Positions 39,395 through 49,016 of a stretch of DNA of 64,000 bases are shown here, piece by piece. The position numbers and the translations under genes were made by a program. The stretch is taken from NCBI GenBank assembly GCA_963667015.2, contig CAXXJJ010000001.1, forward strand, positions 1,152,001 to 1,216,000, in the 5' to 3' direction. Under the pieces are notes generated by a model. That model did no database searches. It was not told the origin of the DNA and worked only from the letters and a program-made list of their open reading frames with translations. Source of the DNA: Desulfatiglandales bacterium (GTDB lineage: Bacteria; Desulfobacterota; DSM-4660; Desulfatiglandales; HGW-15). Every line of letters starts with the position of its first letter. Position 1 is the first letter of the stretch.

Positions 39395-40765
39395 TTATTG
39401 TTGTTGAGTCTTTGTCCTTCCGTCCTGGCCAGGCGTGCTGATATTCATCTGTTTTATTTTGCGCCAGAGCGTTGAGGGGTGCATGCCAAGAGATGCAGCG
39501 GTTGTCTTTCTGTTCCAGTTGTTTTTCACAAGGGCATCATATATGTAGCTGCGCTCGACTGCCTTGATGCCGTCATTGCCTATGGGCCGGTCGGGCTCTT
39601 CTGTTTTTGCATTTGCGGCAAGGTAATCGGGCAGGTGTTCAATCCCTATATAGCCATTTTTACAGACAACCGTGGCATAATCCAGGATGTTTTCAAGCTC
39701 CCTTATATTCCCCGGAAACTGGTGGGCCATCAGGACAGGCAAAACATCAGGTTTTAATCCCTGTATGTTTTTACCTTTCAGATCATTAAATCGTTTAATA
39801 AAGTTAGATGCCAGAAGCGGGATATCACCTTTCCTGTCCCTTAAAGGGGGGAGCTGAAGCCTGACAACATTTATCCTGTAGTACAGATCTTCCCTGAATT
39901 TCTTTTCCTTAACCATGGTTTCAAGATTTTTATTTGTTGCTGCAACAAACCGTACATCAGCCTTTTCCGTTTTTGTGCTGCCCAGGGGTTCATAGGTCTT
40001 TTCCTGTATTACTCTCAGCAATCTTACCTGAAGGGCAGGGGATATGTCGCCTATCTCATCCAGAAAAAGGGTGCCGCCTTCGGCAAGGGCAATACGGCCG
40101 GGCTTGTCCTTTTTGGCATCTGTAAATGCCCCTGCCTTGTATCCGAAAAGTTCCGATTCAAGCAGGTTGTCAGGAAGTGCCCCGCAATTGATTGTAATAA
40201 TGGGGCCGTCCTTTCGCGGGCTCAGGGAATGGATGGCCTTGGCAAAGAGTTCCTTGCCGGTTCCGCTTTCGCCCTCAAGCAGAACAGTTGCGTCGCTCTC
40301 GGCCAGCTGTTCGAGTATACCGAAAAGCCGCTGCATTTCCTTATTTTTACTTATTATGTCATGAAAAGAGTGGCTTTTGGTGAGTTCCTTTTTAAGGGTT
40401 TCTACAAGGCTTAAATCTCTGAATGTCTCAACTCCGCCGATTACGTTTCCCTTATCATCCTTGAGGAGCGCTGTTGAAATAGTTATCGGTACGCGGTCGC
40501 CCTCGGAGTTTACAATAAAGATTGACTGGTTAACGGTGGGTTTTCCCGTCTCAACGGTATGTCTGAGGGAGCAGAAGCTTTCGCAGATACTTGCGCGGAA
40601 TACTTCCCAGCAGTGTCTGCCGATTGAATCCTGCTTGCTTATCCCGGTTATTTTTTCAGCTGCGCGGTTGAATGATGTAATCTTCCATTCCGAATCAACG
40701 GTAAATACACCATCCGCTATGCTGTCCAGAATTATTCTGGTTTGATTTTCCTGTTTGTTTTCCAT
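39395..40765 (-). CDS. PAS-domain sigma-54 enhancer-binding protein (OrpR-like)
   Basis: PAS domain with C-x7-C-x3-C, GESGTGKE, ESELFGYKAGAFTDA, LFLDEIGD and Fis-type HTH; adjacent to the orp genes. Confidence 0.9.
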   Translation of the reverse strand: MENKQENQTRIILDSIADGVFTVDSEWKITSFNRAAEKITGISKQDSIGRHCWEVFRASICESFCSLRHTVETGKPTVNQSIFIVNSEGDRVPITISTALLKDDKGNVIGGVETFRDLSLVETLKKELTKSHSFHDIISKNKEMQRLFGILEQLAESDATVLLEGESGTGKELFAKAIHSLSPRKDGPIITINCGALPDNLLESELFGYKAGAFTDAKKDKPGRIALAEGGTLFLDEIGDISPALQVRLLRVIQEKTYEPLGSTKTEKADVRFVAATNKNLETMVKEKKFREDLYYRINVVRLQLPPLRDRKGDIPLLASNFIKRFNDLKGKNIQGLKPDVLPVLMAHQFPGNIRELENILDYATVVCKNGYIGIEHLPDYLAANAKTEEPDRPIGNDGIKAVERSYIYDALVKNNWNRKTTAASLGMHPSTLWRKIKQMNISTPGQDGRTKTQQQ

Positions 40766-40839
40766 ATATTTTTCCTGTGAAACGATAACCATATAAATAC
40801 TTTTTGTCAATTTTGCTTCTATTAAAAAAGGAGGTTACT

Positions 40840-41256
40840 GTGAAAACATACAGAAAAGAACTCTGGTTCCATGTCCCCACCAGGAGGGCATTTATTAACA
40901 TCACACCCGATGTGGAGGAATGTCTGAGGGAGAGCGGTATAAAAGAAGGTCTGCTTCTGTGTAACGCGATGCACATAACTGCCTCTGTTTTTATAAATGA
41001 TGATGAATCCGGTCTGCATCATGATTATGATAGATGGCTCGAAAAACTTGCACCTCATGAACCTGTATCGCAATACCGACATAATGTTGGTGAAGACAAT
41101 GCGGATGCCCATATGAAGAGACAGGTCATGGGAAGGGAAGTGGTTGTCGCCATAACCGATGGAAAACTGGATTTCGGGACCTGGGAGCAGATATTTTATG
41201 GAGAGTTTGACGGCAGACGGAAAAAAAGAGTGCTTGTTAAAATAATCGGGGAGTGA
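40840..41256 (+). CDS. yjbQ: YjbQ/UPF0047 family protein
   Basis: [22 protein letters not shown] and [13 protein letters not shown]. Confidence 0.9.
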   Translation: MKTYRKELWFHVPTRRAFINITPDVEECLRESGIKEGLLLCNAMHITASVFINDDESGLHHDYDRWLEKLAPHEPVSQYRHNVGEDNADAHMKRQVMGREVVVAITDGKLDFGTWEQIFYGEFDGRRKKRVLVKIIGE

Positions 41257-41331
41257 CCATGAGTGCTATTATCTGGTGAGAAAAACCAACTTTAATATCT
41301 CTTTATCCTTCTAAAAAATCCTTCAATTATT

Positions 41332-41388
41332 TAACCTGTTGAATTAAAAGGTGAAATTAAACGTGCTGTTATTGGCATGAATCATGCT
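41332..41388 (+). promoter_or_regulatory. Sigma-54 promoter with IHF-like site
   Basis: TGGCATGAATCATGCT at 41373-41388; TAACCTGTTGAA at 41332-41343, identical to the 12-mer upstream of the orp promoter. Confidence 0.6.
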
Positions 41389-41666
41389 TTTACACTGGGA
41401 CATAAAAGCCCTGGCAATATGCTGGAACTTCCTGCTGTTGAATTTTCTCAAAGAGAAATAATAAATGAGTTTTTTCTCTCTGAGGGTGTCATTTAGTTAT
41501 CACCCGATCAGCCTGTTATCCCGGTTGCCGCTTACAAAAGGCGTGAAAAGTTTTACCTGCATTCAATATTACCCTCCCAATAAACGCTGACTGTCAGCCG
41601 GGAGTCGGGATAACAGGTTAGAAAAATCAAAACAGCCTATCGATAAAACACTCACAGGAGGAAAAA

Positions 41667-42032
41667 ATGAAAAAAGCACTATTACTCACTCTTATGGTCC
41701 TGCTTGCAGGAACTTTTCTATCAGGCTGCATGATAAATCACAGATCCCATATATCGGATTCATCATATAATCACCCAATATCCAGTGTGTTGCTTGACAG
41801 CATCGAACCGGGCGTTACAACAAAAGACTGGGTAATAGATAACTTTGGCGAACCGGATAGGGAGAAACACCTTAAGGATGGTGAAGAGGTCCTGATATAT
41901 GAAAACACCAGACACAAATCCAGTGATTTCAGCCTGTTCCTTATTATCGATTCCCATAGTTCAGAGGATATAAAAGAGATACTTTCATTTAAAGTAAAAG
42001 ACGGGAAAGTAGAAAGCTATTCGCTTAACTGA
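41667..42032 (+). CDS. Lipoprotein, SmpA/BamE-like
   Basis: Lipobox LSGC; IEPGVTTKDWVIDNFGEPD resembles the SmpA/BamE motif. Confidence 0.65.
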   Translation: MKKALLLTLMVLLAGTFLSGCMINHRSHISDSSYNHPISSVLLDSIEPGVTTKDWVIDNFGEPDREKHLKDGEEVLIYENTRHKSSDFSLFLIIDSHSSEDIKEILSFKVKDGKVESYSLN

Positions 42033-42048
42033 TAAAAGTAAAAAAATA

Positions 42049-42435
42049 TCAGTTTGTATCTGTACTGCTGAGCCAGTCGACAGCTTCATCATAACTTCTG
42101 AATACGCTGTGCTTTACAGGATGGTCAATTACCTGGGCCAATGAATCGTACATTCGGCCCAGGCCATATCCAAGGGATGAGGATATGACAAAGGCTGTTT
42201 TGCCATTTTTACGCAGATACCCGAATTCTTTTGCATGAGAAACAATTATCTGCAGATCATTACTCGATAAATCTTTACCGTTGGCAAAGGAAAAATCCCA
42301 AATTATGTTATTTGTGAATTTTTCTTCATAAAACCTGTCTAATTCAAAAATAATCTGATCAACATCAATTTTGCCTGTGACACGGTAAACCGTGATTTCC
42401 CTGTCGGCAATCACTTCTTTCTTGATTTCAGCCAT
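42049..42435 (-). CDS. Small hypothetical protein (STAS/SpoIIAA-like fold)
   Basis: IIWDFS, KTAFVI...YGLGRMY and VFRSYDEAVDWL. Confidence 0.6.
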   Translation of the reverse strand: MAEIKKEVIADREITVYRVTGKIDVDQIIFELDRFYEEKFTNNIIWDFSFANGKDLSSNDLQIIVSHAKEFGYLRKNGKTAFVISSSLGYGLGRMYDSLAQVIDHPVKHSVFRSYDEAVDWLSSTDTN

Positions 42436-42897
42436 ACATGCTTCCTGAAAAAACCTTTTAGCAATCTCTGCAAGGTATTTAAATCATATTAAAACTTTAT
42501 TATACCACTGAATTATTATTCGGTTGGAGTTCTTAATTCTTTAAGAAAAAAAATTTGTAAATAATACTCTCTCCTGGATGTGCAAAATAGGACTGATAGA
42601 TCATAATTTTGTGTTAATACTTATTGAAATCCCCCTCCTGTGGACGTGATCATGTTACCTGAGTATGCCTAAGCCCTGTGATTTCAAGAAATAACCTAAA
42701 TCTCAAAATACCTGCAGTACCCGTCCATCATGCCAGACTTGATCTGGCATCCAGTTATATTAATAACAAAACCCTTGAATCCTTGACTCCTGAAATCCTT
42801 TCTTTTAAATTCAACTTTTTAATCCTTTTTGCCGATCAATAAAAACGTAAAAGGAATATCTGATATGAAACACCAGTTTCATAAAGTGAGGGGCAAA

Positions 42898-43212
42898 ATG
42901 AGAAGTTTAAAAATAATTCTACTGCTGATAATCGGTTTTATGATTGTTTTTCCAACCTCCCTGTCTGCGGAACTGTCTACTGCCCAGTTTGAAATCATTA
43001 AAATAGCCTTTATGAATGGATATTCAAATGCAGTCCAGGCTGATATTAATACATTAAAGTTACTGCAGCAGGATCGGGAAAAACTTAAAAAGTTTTCTCA
43101 GGCTGCTGTAGATAAATATATGCAAAAGGTAACTATATTAAACAGGGATGACCGAAAAGGAATAAATAAAAAACAGCCTAAACAATATGGTTCAAACTCA
43201 ATGACGTTATAG
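42898..43212 (+). CDS. Small secreted hypothetical protein (paralogue 1)
   Basis: Signal peptide ending LSA; mature N-terminus ELSTAQFEIIKIAFMNGYSNA. Confidence 0.7.
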   Translation: MRSLKIILLLIIGFMIVFPTSLSAELSTAQFEIIKIAFMNGYSNAVQADINTLKLLQQDREKLKKFSQAAVDKYMQKVTILNRDDRKGINKKQPKQYGSNSMTL

Positions 43213-43447
43213 CAGGTTTCCGCGCCTCATATTAGTAAAAGCCGTATCTCATTTCATCTGATTTTCTTCGTTTTCAATTTCCATACGCTTTATCTGTTTC
43301 TGTTAATACATCTGATTTTTCAAAAATAAAACTCCTTCTCCATAAAGGATCATTAGATTTAAACACCCTTTTTGTCTTTCTCTGAGATGTCCGGGGAATC
43401 AGAGAGTTTAAGGTTTTAGGGATTCAGGTCTTAACAGGAGTAAAAAC

Positions 43448-43753
43448 ATGGGAAAAATAAAATTACTGACAGTCTTTGTAATTGCTTTTTTAATAATCTT
43501 CCCATCTGCATTATCCGCAGAATTATCTACCGCCCAGTTTGAGATTATCAGGATTGCATATATGAACGGTTATTCAAATGCAATGCAGGCCGATCTGGAT
43601 ACAATCAGGGCACTGAAGGAAGACCAGTCAAAATTAAAGAAACATGCCCTGGTTGCTGTAAACGGTTATATGGAAAAGGTCAGGTTAATGAATCAGGATG
43701 AAAGGGTTGCCAGAAATAAAAAGAGCTCTTCATACAGCGACTTGTCTTTATAG
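43448..43753 (+). CDS. Small secreted hypothetical protein (paralogue 2)
   Basis: Signal peptide ending LSA; ELSTAQFEIIRIAYMNGYSNA; GGAG RBS. Confidence 0.75.
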   Translation: MGKIKLLTVFVIAFLIIFPSALSAELSTAQFEIIRIAYMNGYSNAMQADLDTIRALKEDQSKLKKHALVAVNGYMEKVRLMNQDERVARNKKSSSYSDLSL

Positions 43754-44062
43754 GTTTTATTGCGTTTTTTATTAGGCAGCGGGATAGCCTTTTTGTAATC
43801 TGACGCCATGTTCCGCACCTGTAACAAGAGCAATGGCGCAGTTTAAAGGGTGGCACTTTATGTGCCACCCTGTAACCTTGATATAAAACCTTTCGTTGAA
43901 TCCTGAATCTGAATCGGGGCGGTTGTTGAATTTGAATTGAATCGGGGTCGGACCAAGACAACCACTTGATATAAAAATAAAAAAGTAATAAAATAGCCCT
44001 GTTTTAAGGCTTAAACCATCCTTTTTGACTATAAAAATAACCATTTAAACTTTTACTGAAAA

Positions 44063-44149
44063 ATGCCAAGAGCTAACAGAAACTACATCTCTGGATATGT
44101 ATGGCATATTACTCACAGATGCTATAAAAAAGAGTTTCTCTTGAAATTT
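44063..44149 (+). pseudogene. N-terminal remnant of a REP-associated tyrosine transposase (RAYT, Y1)
   Basis: MPRANRNYISGYVWHITHRCYKKEFLLKF resembles RAYT N-termini, then similarity is lost; ATCGGGGTCGGACC lies upstream. Confidence 0.65.
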
Positions 44150-44198
44150 AATTTGGATTTAAATTTGATTGATTTGTTAAAGAAGGGATTAAGGGAAC

Positions 44199-44245
44199 TT
44201 GACAATAATACAGTGTGACTGCATAATGGTTCCATATCGAAACCG
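44199..44245 (+). promoter_or_regulatory. Sigma-70 promoter and operator of the toxin-antitoxin pair
   Basis: TTGACA-N17-CATAAT followed by the inverted repeat GGTTCC...GAAACC. Confidence 0.65.
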
Positions 44246-44260
44246 TTAGGAGGTGATGAT

Positions 44261-44503
44261 GTGGCAACAGTAACAATTAAAAACATACCCGATGAGCTTT
44301 ATAAACGACTTAAGACAGTTGCTGAAATTAATAGGCGATCCATAAACAGCGAAATTATAATGTGCATTGAAAATTCTATTACAAGTCAAAGAATAAACCT
44401 TGATGAGATGCTTGAAAATGTTCGACAACTTCGTCAATTGACATCCGGGCATATGATTAGTGATGAGGCTTTCAACCAGGCAAAGGCAGAAGGCAGGCTA
44501 TGA
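44261..44503 (+). CDS. Arc/FitA-like ribbon-helix-helix antitoxin
   Basis: ATVTIKNIPDELYKRLK..A..NRRSINSEI; overlaps the PIN toxin gene by ATGA. Confidence 0.85.
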   Translation: MATVTIKNIPDELYKRLKTVAEINRRSINSEIIMCIENSITSQRINLDEMLENVRQLRQLTSGHMISDEAFNQAKAEGRL

Positions 44504-44901
44504 TTGTTGTTGATACAAATGTTATCGGTTATCTTTTCCTGTCAAGTGACCAGTCCTTATCAGCTGAACGTGCTTTACAAAAAGATATTGAATGGGCTGC
44601 ACCGGTTTTATGGCGTAGTGAATTTCGAAATGTCCTGGCTTTTTATATGCGAAAAAATATCATTGATTTGCAGCAAGCCCAGATCATTATGAATAGCGCA
44701 TTGAAATTACTAAAGGAGCGAGAATATCATGTACCATCATCTGAGGTTTTAAGACTTGCCTCAGAGTCTAAATGTTCTGCGTATGATTGTGAATTTATTG
44801 CGGTTGCAAATGATCTTAAAGTTCCTTTAATAACTGTAGATAAGCAACTACTGCGTGCGTTCCCTTCAGTGGCTGTATCATTGAGCACCTTTAGTAAATA
44901 A
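44500..44901 (+). CDS. vapC: VapC PIN-domain toxin
   Basis: IVVDTNV, SEFRN, SAYDCEFIAVA and LITVDKQL. Confidence 0.9.
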   Translation: MIVVDTNVIGYLFLSSDQSLSAERALQKDIEWAAPVLWRSEFRNVLAFYMRKNIIDLQQAQIIMNSALKLLKEREYHVPSSEVLRLASESKCSAYDCEFIAVANDLKVPLITVDKQLLRAFPSVAVSLSTFSK

Positions 44902-45009
44902 TTAAACAACAATTGTCCGCCTCTGGTGAAATATATTGAAAGAAGCATCCAAAAACATATTATTCAAAAAGCATCAAATCTTTAAAACCAGTAATTGAAA
45001 CTAAGCAGA

Positions 45010-45185
45010 GACTATAAGAAGATAAACGGCATTCTTTTCCATATAAAGTAATAGATTTTACTAACGATCAGAAGCAATTTGAAACAATAATAGAAAAAAT
45101 TGAGCTGAATATTGAAATGCCTGAAGGTATTTTTGACATACCTGAAGAGGTAAAGACGACTATGAATAAAAACAAAACAGAACCT
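45010..45185 (+). pseudogene. C-terminal remnant of an exported-protein gene
   Basis: Frame-broken DYKKINGILF...DFTNDQKQFETIIEKIELNIEMPEGIFDIPEE with no start; followed by an attC-like segment. Confidence 0.4.
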
Positions 45186-45314
45186 CACGCTCAATAGTGA
45201 CAAACTACTATCCTCCCGAATCAATCTTTGTTGGTTTGTGATATTCGGTGCTTCAACAACCTTTTAATGGTATGCGCCGCCGCGTGAATGCTAGCTACAG
45301 CGTGTGGATAAAAA

Positions 45315-45857
45315 ATGAAAATTATATACACAATTTTTATTATTGTTATAGCTATCACAATTCATATTCAAAATGTTTGTGCGGAAGAATTATCTGCAAA
45401 AGTTATACTGGAGGATATAAAGGATTTAGGGGCTAAAAAAGTATGCATATCATTATATGATGATGAAAAGAAATGGCATGACCTCTTGAGAAATATTGCA
45501 TCAGGCGATAAAGAATGGCTTAAAGTAGCATTTAGCCTGCGAGAAGGCTCAGATGCCGGAGCAAGTGAAATGCTTATCCTGGCTGTAGGTGAGGCACTTG
45601 AACATAATCCTGAAAATGTCTTCAAATTCACATTAGACAGTTTCATATTAAATCAAATATGTGGCGGACCCGATGTTGATGATATAAGGTATAATTCATA
45701 CGAGCTATCAATAGAAGCTGTAAATAAGCGGATTGAAAAAGTGTCATCAGTCAAAGATGAAAATCTTAAAGAAAAATGTGATGAATGCCTACGGCATTTA
45801 TCAGACGCTAAAAAACATATAGCAAACTTTTATCAAATTAATAAACAGGGTTCTTAG
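45315..45857 (+). CDS. Secreted hypothetical protein
   Basis: Signal peptide ending VCA; AT-rich; no family recognised. Confidence 0.7.
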   Translation: MKIIYTIFIIVIAITIHIQNVCAEELSAKVILEDIKDLGAKKVCISLYDDEKKWHDLLRNIASGDKEWLKVAFSLREGSDAGASEMLILAVGEALEHNPENVFKFTLDSFILNQICGGPDVDDIRYNSYELSIEAVNKRIEKVSSVKDENLKEKCDECLRHLSDAKKHIANFYQINKQGS

Positions 45858-45900
45858 AATTACAAAACCAGTATCTAAAAACTATGGTGTCGCATCTTGA

Positions 45901-47616
45901 CGGGCTGTTGCCCAAATAATTAAACTCATATGATTTCACAAAATCTGTAAGCTGTAACAATTATTAGCATCTTTAAATTATCAATATATATTAATATATC
46001 GTTATAATATACTTTAACATTGATAAATCGCTCTAAAAATGTATAATAATGGCAAGTCCAATTCAAGGAGCCTCGCCATGATGGGTCAGCAAAATGGCTT
46101 TCAAGAAAAGCTTTTTATCACAGGATTCAACCTGGATAAGCGTATTCCTGAGAACCATATTCTACGTAAAATATCTGAAACAATTGATTTCGATTTTATA
46201 TACAGGGAAGTAAAACATACATACGGAGCGAAAGGTAATGTATCTGTCCCTCCTCCTGTTATACTAAAATTGATGCTTCTTTTGTTCCTCTTCAATGTAA
46301 GGTCCGAACGCGAGTTGATGACTACCTTGCCGTTAAGACTCGATTGGTTATGGTTTCTTGGTTACGACATTGAGGATGATATCCCGAACCATAGTGTATT
46401 AAGTAAAGCCCGGACTCGATGGGGCGTTCATGCTTTCAGAAGATTCTTCGACATTATTCTTCAGCAATGTGTTGAAGCCGGCCTCATTGATGGTAATAAA
46501 GCATTTATTGATTCAAGTCTTGTAGATGCTGATGCCTCAAACAACTCCGTTGTTAACATGCATGACATTAAAAGGTATTTAAAGAAAAGCTATCGTCTCC
46601 TTGAAGAACGCCTGGATGATTTTAGAGGCCAGAAGAGTACACTCATAAATAAGAAGCATGTATCAACTACTGATCCTGATGCCTCAGTAACCAGGTATGG
46701 TAACAGCAGACCAAAGTTACGTTATAAGACACATCGTGTGGTTGATGAGAAGAATGAAATAATTACAGCAACCAAAGTAACTCCGGGATCAGTTGATGAT
46801 GGAGCAGCACTTAAAGAGATGATTGATATCCATCAGCAAAATACTGGTACAAAACCAGAAGCTATTGTGGCTGATACCAAATATGGCACGATAGATAACT
46901 ACCTCCATTATCATGACCAAGGTATTAAAACACATATTCCATCTGTTGAAGAGAGCCACAGGGGTTCTGGCAGCAAGGAAGGGATATTTACAAAGGAAGA
47001 ATTTACCTATGACCATGATAATGACATTTTTATCTGCCCTGCCGGAGAAACCCTGACAAAGCGAAAGTTTAGAAAGGACCGGAAGCATTATGAATATATA
47101 GCTCCGGCCAGAAAATGTAAAAATTGTGAGATAAAAGAAAAGTGCACCAGATCAAAGTCAGGACGGACACTTAAAAGGCATGAACGCCAGGATGAACTTG
47201 ATCTGATTTTAGAGCATACAAAGAGCAAAGAATGTAAGAAGGATTTAAAGACCAGGCAGCACTTATCAGAGCGTTCTTTTGCCAGATCAACACGACATGG
47301 TTTTAAAAGGGCAAGGTGGCGTAATCTCTGGCGTATGGAGGTACAGGACTATCTGATTGCCGCCATACAGAATATATTGATACTGGTCAACATGCCAAAG
47401 GATAATAAATCCAAGAGTAACGTTCAAGGCGGCAGAAAAGATATTGTACGTAACACTCAAAGGCTCATATTTTACAGCTATGAGCGGTTTTTTTCGCTCT
47501 TATTAATGTTTTCCGGTTTATTCACCCTCGGTGCGTTTCGGCTAGATGATGAAAAACAATAAGTTCCTTATATAAAACTATGCAAACGGCGGAAACACTC
47601 TTTGGGCAACAGCCCG
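45901..47616 (+). mobile_element. IS1182-family insertion sequence (1716 bp)
   Basis: Perfect 16-bp terminal inverted repeats CGGGCTGTTGCCCAAA / TTTGGGCAACAGCCCG; 4-bp target duplication TTGA (45897-45900 and 47617-47620). Confidence 0.9.
46078..47562 (+). CDS. IS1182-family DDE transposase
   Basis: DUF772-like N-terminus (SERELM..L...LDWLWFLG...PNHSVLSKAR), IDSS...ADAS, STTDPDA, ADTKYG and CPAG...CKNC.IKEKC. Confidence 0.9.
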   Translation: MMGQQNGFQEKLFITGFNLDKRIPENHILRKISETIDFDFIYREVKHTYGAKGNVSVPPPVILKLMLLLFLFNVRSERELMTTLPLRLDWLWFLGYDIEDDIPNHSVLSKARTRWGVHAFRRFFDIILQQCVEAGLIDGNKAFIDSSLVDADASNNSVVNMHDIKRYLKKSYRLLEERLDDFRGQKSTLINKKHVSTTDPDASVTRYGNSRPKLRYKTHRVVDEKNEIITATKVTPGSVDDGAALKEMIDIHQQNTGTKPEAIVADTKYGTIDNYLHYHDQGIKTHIPSVEESHRGSGSKEGIFTKEEFTYDHDNDIFICPAGETLTKRKFRKDRKHYEYIAPARKCKNCEIKEKCTRSKSGRTLKRHERQDELDLILEHTKSKECKKDLKTRQHLSERSFARSTRHGFKRARWRNLWRMEVQDYLIAAIQNILILVNMPKDNKSKSNVQGGRKDIVRNTQRLIFYSYERFFSLLLMFSGLFTLGAFRLDDEKQ

Positions 47617-47733
47617 TTGATATTTGACAGATTCATGGCTTTTGGGATCGTTTCCCTTTAGTTCGTTTATGTCAGAAGGCCCAGACCCGACAGTTATAGT
47701 TTGCCTTGTACCTATTTTTTTAATTGAGGAGCA

Positions 47734-48159
47734 ATGGAATTTCGACAGGGAACAGAAGAAGACTCGTATGCTATTAAGGCGATTGACTCAGCTATCAATT
47801 CTGTACTTAATCGCTCAGAATTTATCGATTCATCACTCAAGCAAGGTACTGTTCAGGTGGTCCTAGATGACGGAGAAGTGGTGGGATATTTTGTAGTGAA
47901 CCGCTCCTTCTTTGATAGACCAACGCTTGAGATGTTAATGGTTGCCGAAAGTCGGCGCGGGAGTGGAATTGGGAGAGAATTACTTCGAAGGGCACAAGCC
48001 ATTGTTGGCACAGGGAAGGAGCTCTGGACATCAACCAATGAATCCAACTCTTTAATGCAGGCTTTACTGGCGTCAGAAGGTTTCAAACAAACTGGAAGGA
48101 TTGAAAATTTAGATCCGGATGATCCAGAGATAGTATATTACAAACCAGTTACTGCATAA
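47734..48159 (+). CDS. GNAT acetyltransferase
   Basis: VAESRRGSGIG and STNESN...LLASEGF...LDPDDPE. Confidence 0.85.
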   Translation: MEFRQGTEEDSYAIKAIDSAINSVLNRSEFIDSSLKQGTVQVVLDDGEVVGYFVVNRSFFDRPTLEMLMVAESRRGSGIGRELLRRAQAIVGTGKELWTSTNESNSLMQALLASEGFKQTGRIENLDPDDPEIVYYKPVTA

Positions 48160-48223
48160 CAAAGAAGGTAAATCTTTAAAAGAACTACAGAATATATAAC
48201 CTGGAGTTATCAGGAAGAAAGAA

Positions 48224-48949
48224 ATGTCCGAAAATATTTTACCCACTATTTATCCACGTTTGATTAGAAGAGTGCAGGCGTGTATCATCGATTCATTTAT
48301 TTTTGTATTTGTCCTGGTTGGATTATTCCTGCTGGTTACCACTTTTGCATTTGAACCGGTCTGGGTAAGGATAACTGTCGTTATGGTGCCTGTACTCTTT
48401 TTTGAACCTGTTCTGGTTTCATGTACAGGCGGGACAATAGGCCATCACCTTTTAAAGCTTAAGGTCCAGGATGTCAGCAATAGCAGGAATATCAATATAT
48501 TTTTTGCATTTATAAGATTCATACTGAAAACTTTGCTGGGTACAGTTTCTTTAATGTTTGTACTTACTACACGAAAGCACCAGGCAATTCATGACTTTTG
48601 TGCAAATTCAATCGTAGCATATAAAAACCCGAAACAGGTTTCTGAGTACGAGGCATTAGCTGAAAGGGTAATCGAGGAAGAAGGTTATATTTACCCTTCC
48701 AGGTTTCGAAGAGTCTCTGTGATAATTTTTTATAATATTCTGTTGTTCATCCTGATAGCGTTTCTTTCCGGTTTCCTGTTGTCTGAAAGATGTATTGAAA
48801 ACAATAAATGTTCACCTGTTGAAACGGCTATTTCAATTGGCATTAGTATTATATGGATCATTTCTGCTGCATTAATACTTGTAGGTGGCTGGAAGTCTTT
48901 ATTATTTGGATGCAAAAGGAAGAAGATCGAAACACCGAAAATTATATAA
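48224..48949 (+). CDS. RDD-family membrane protein
   Basis: RRVQACIID, GGTIGHHLLKLKV and QAIHD. Confidence 0.8.
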   Translation: MSENILPTIYPRLIRRVQACIIDSFIFVFVLVGLFLLVTTFAFEPVWVRITVVMVPVLFFEPVLVSCTGGTIGHHLLKLKVQDVSNSRNINIFFAFIRFILKTLLGTVSLMFVLTTRKHQAIHDFCANSIVAYKNPKQVSEYEALAERVIEEEGYIYPSRFRRVSVIIFYNILLFILIAFLSGFLLSERCIENNKCSPVETAISIGISIIWIISAALILVGGWKSLLFGCKRKKIETPKII

Positions 48950-49016
48950 CCATCTGCTTTGGGCAACAACGTTAAAATATGGTTGCCCCTGGCAGAACGC
49001 TTTGCAGGGAAGAGAG

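Noticed and set aside
14015..40765. Hidden selenoproteins (selA is present; DGC, thioredoxin, YeeE and orp proteins can carry Sec)
   Set aside because: The relevant motifs are encoded with Cys and the ORFs are full length; I saw no in-frame TGA truncating a domain.
48958..48968. TTTGGGCAACA as a third IS1182 end
   Set aside because: Only 11 bp match the IS inverted repeat and it is part of a local hairpin; chance similarity is likely.
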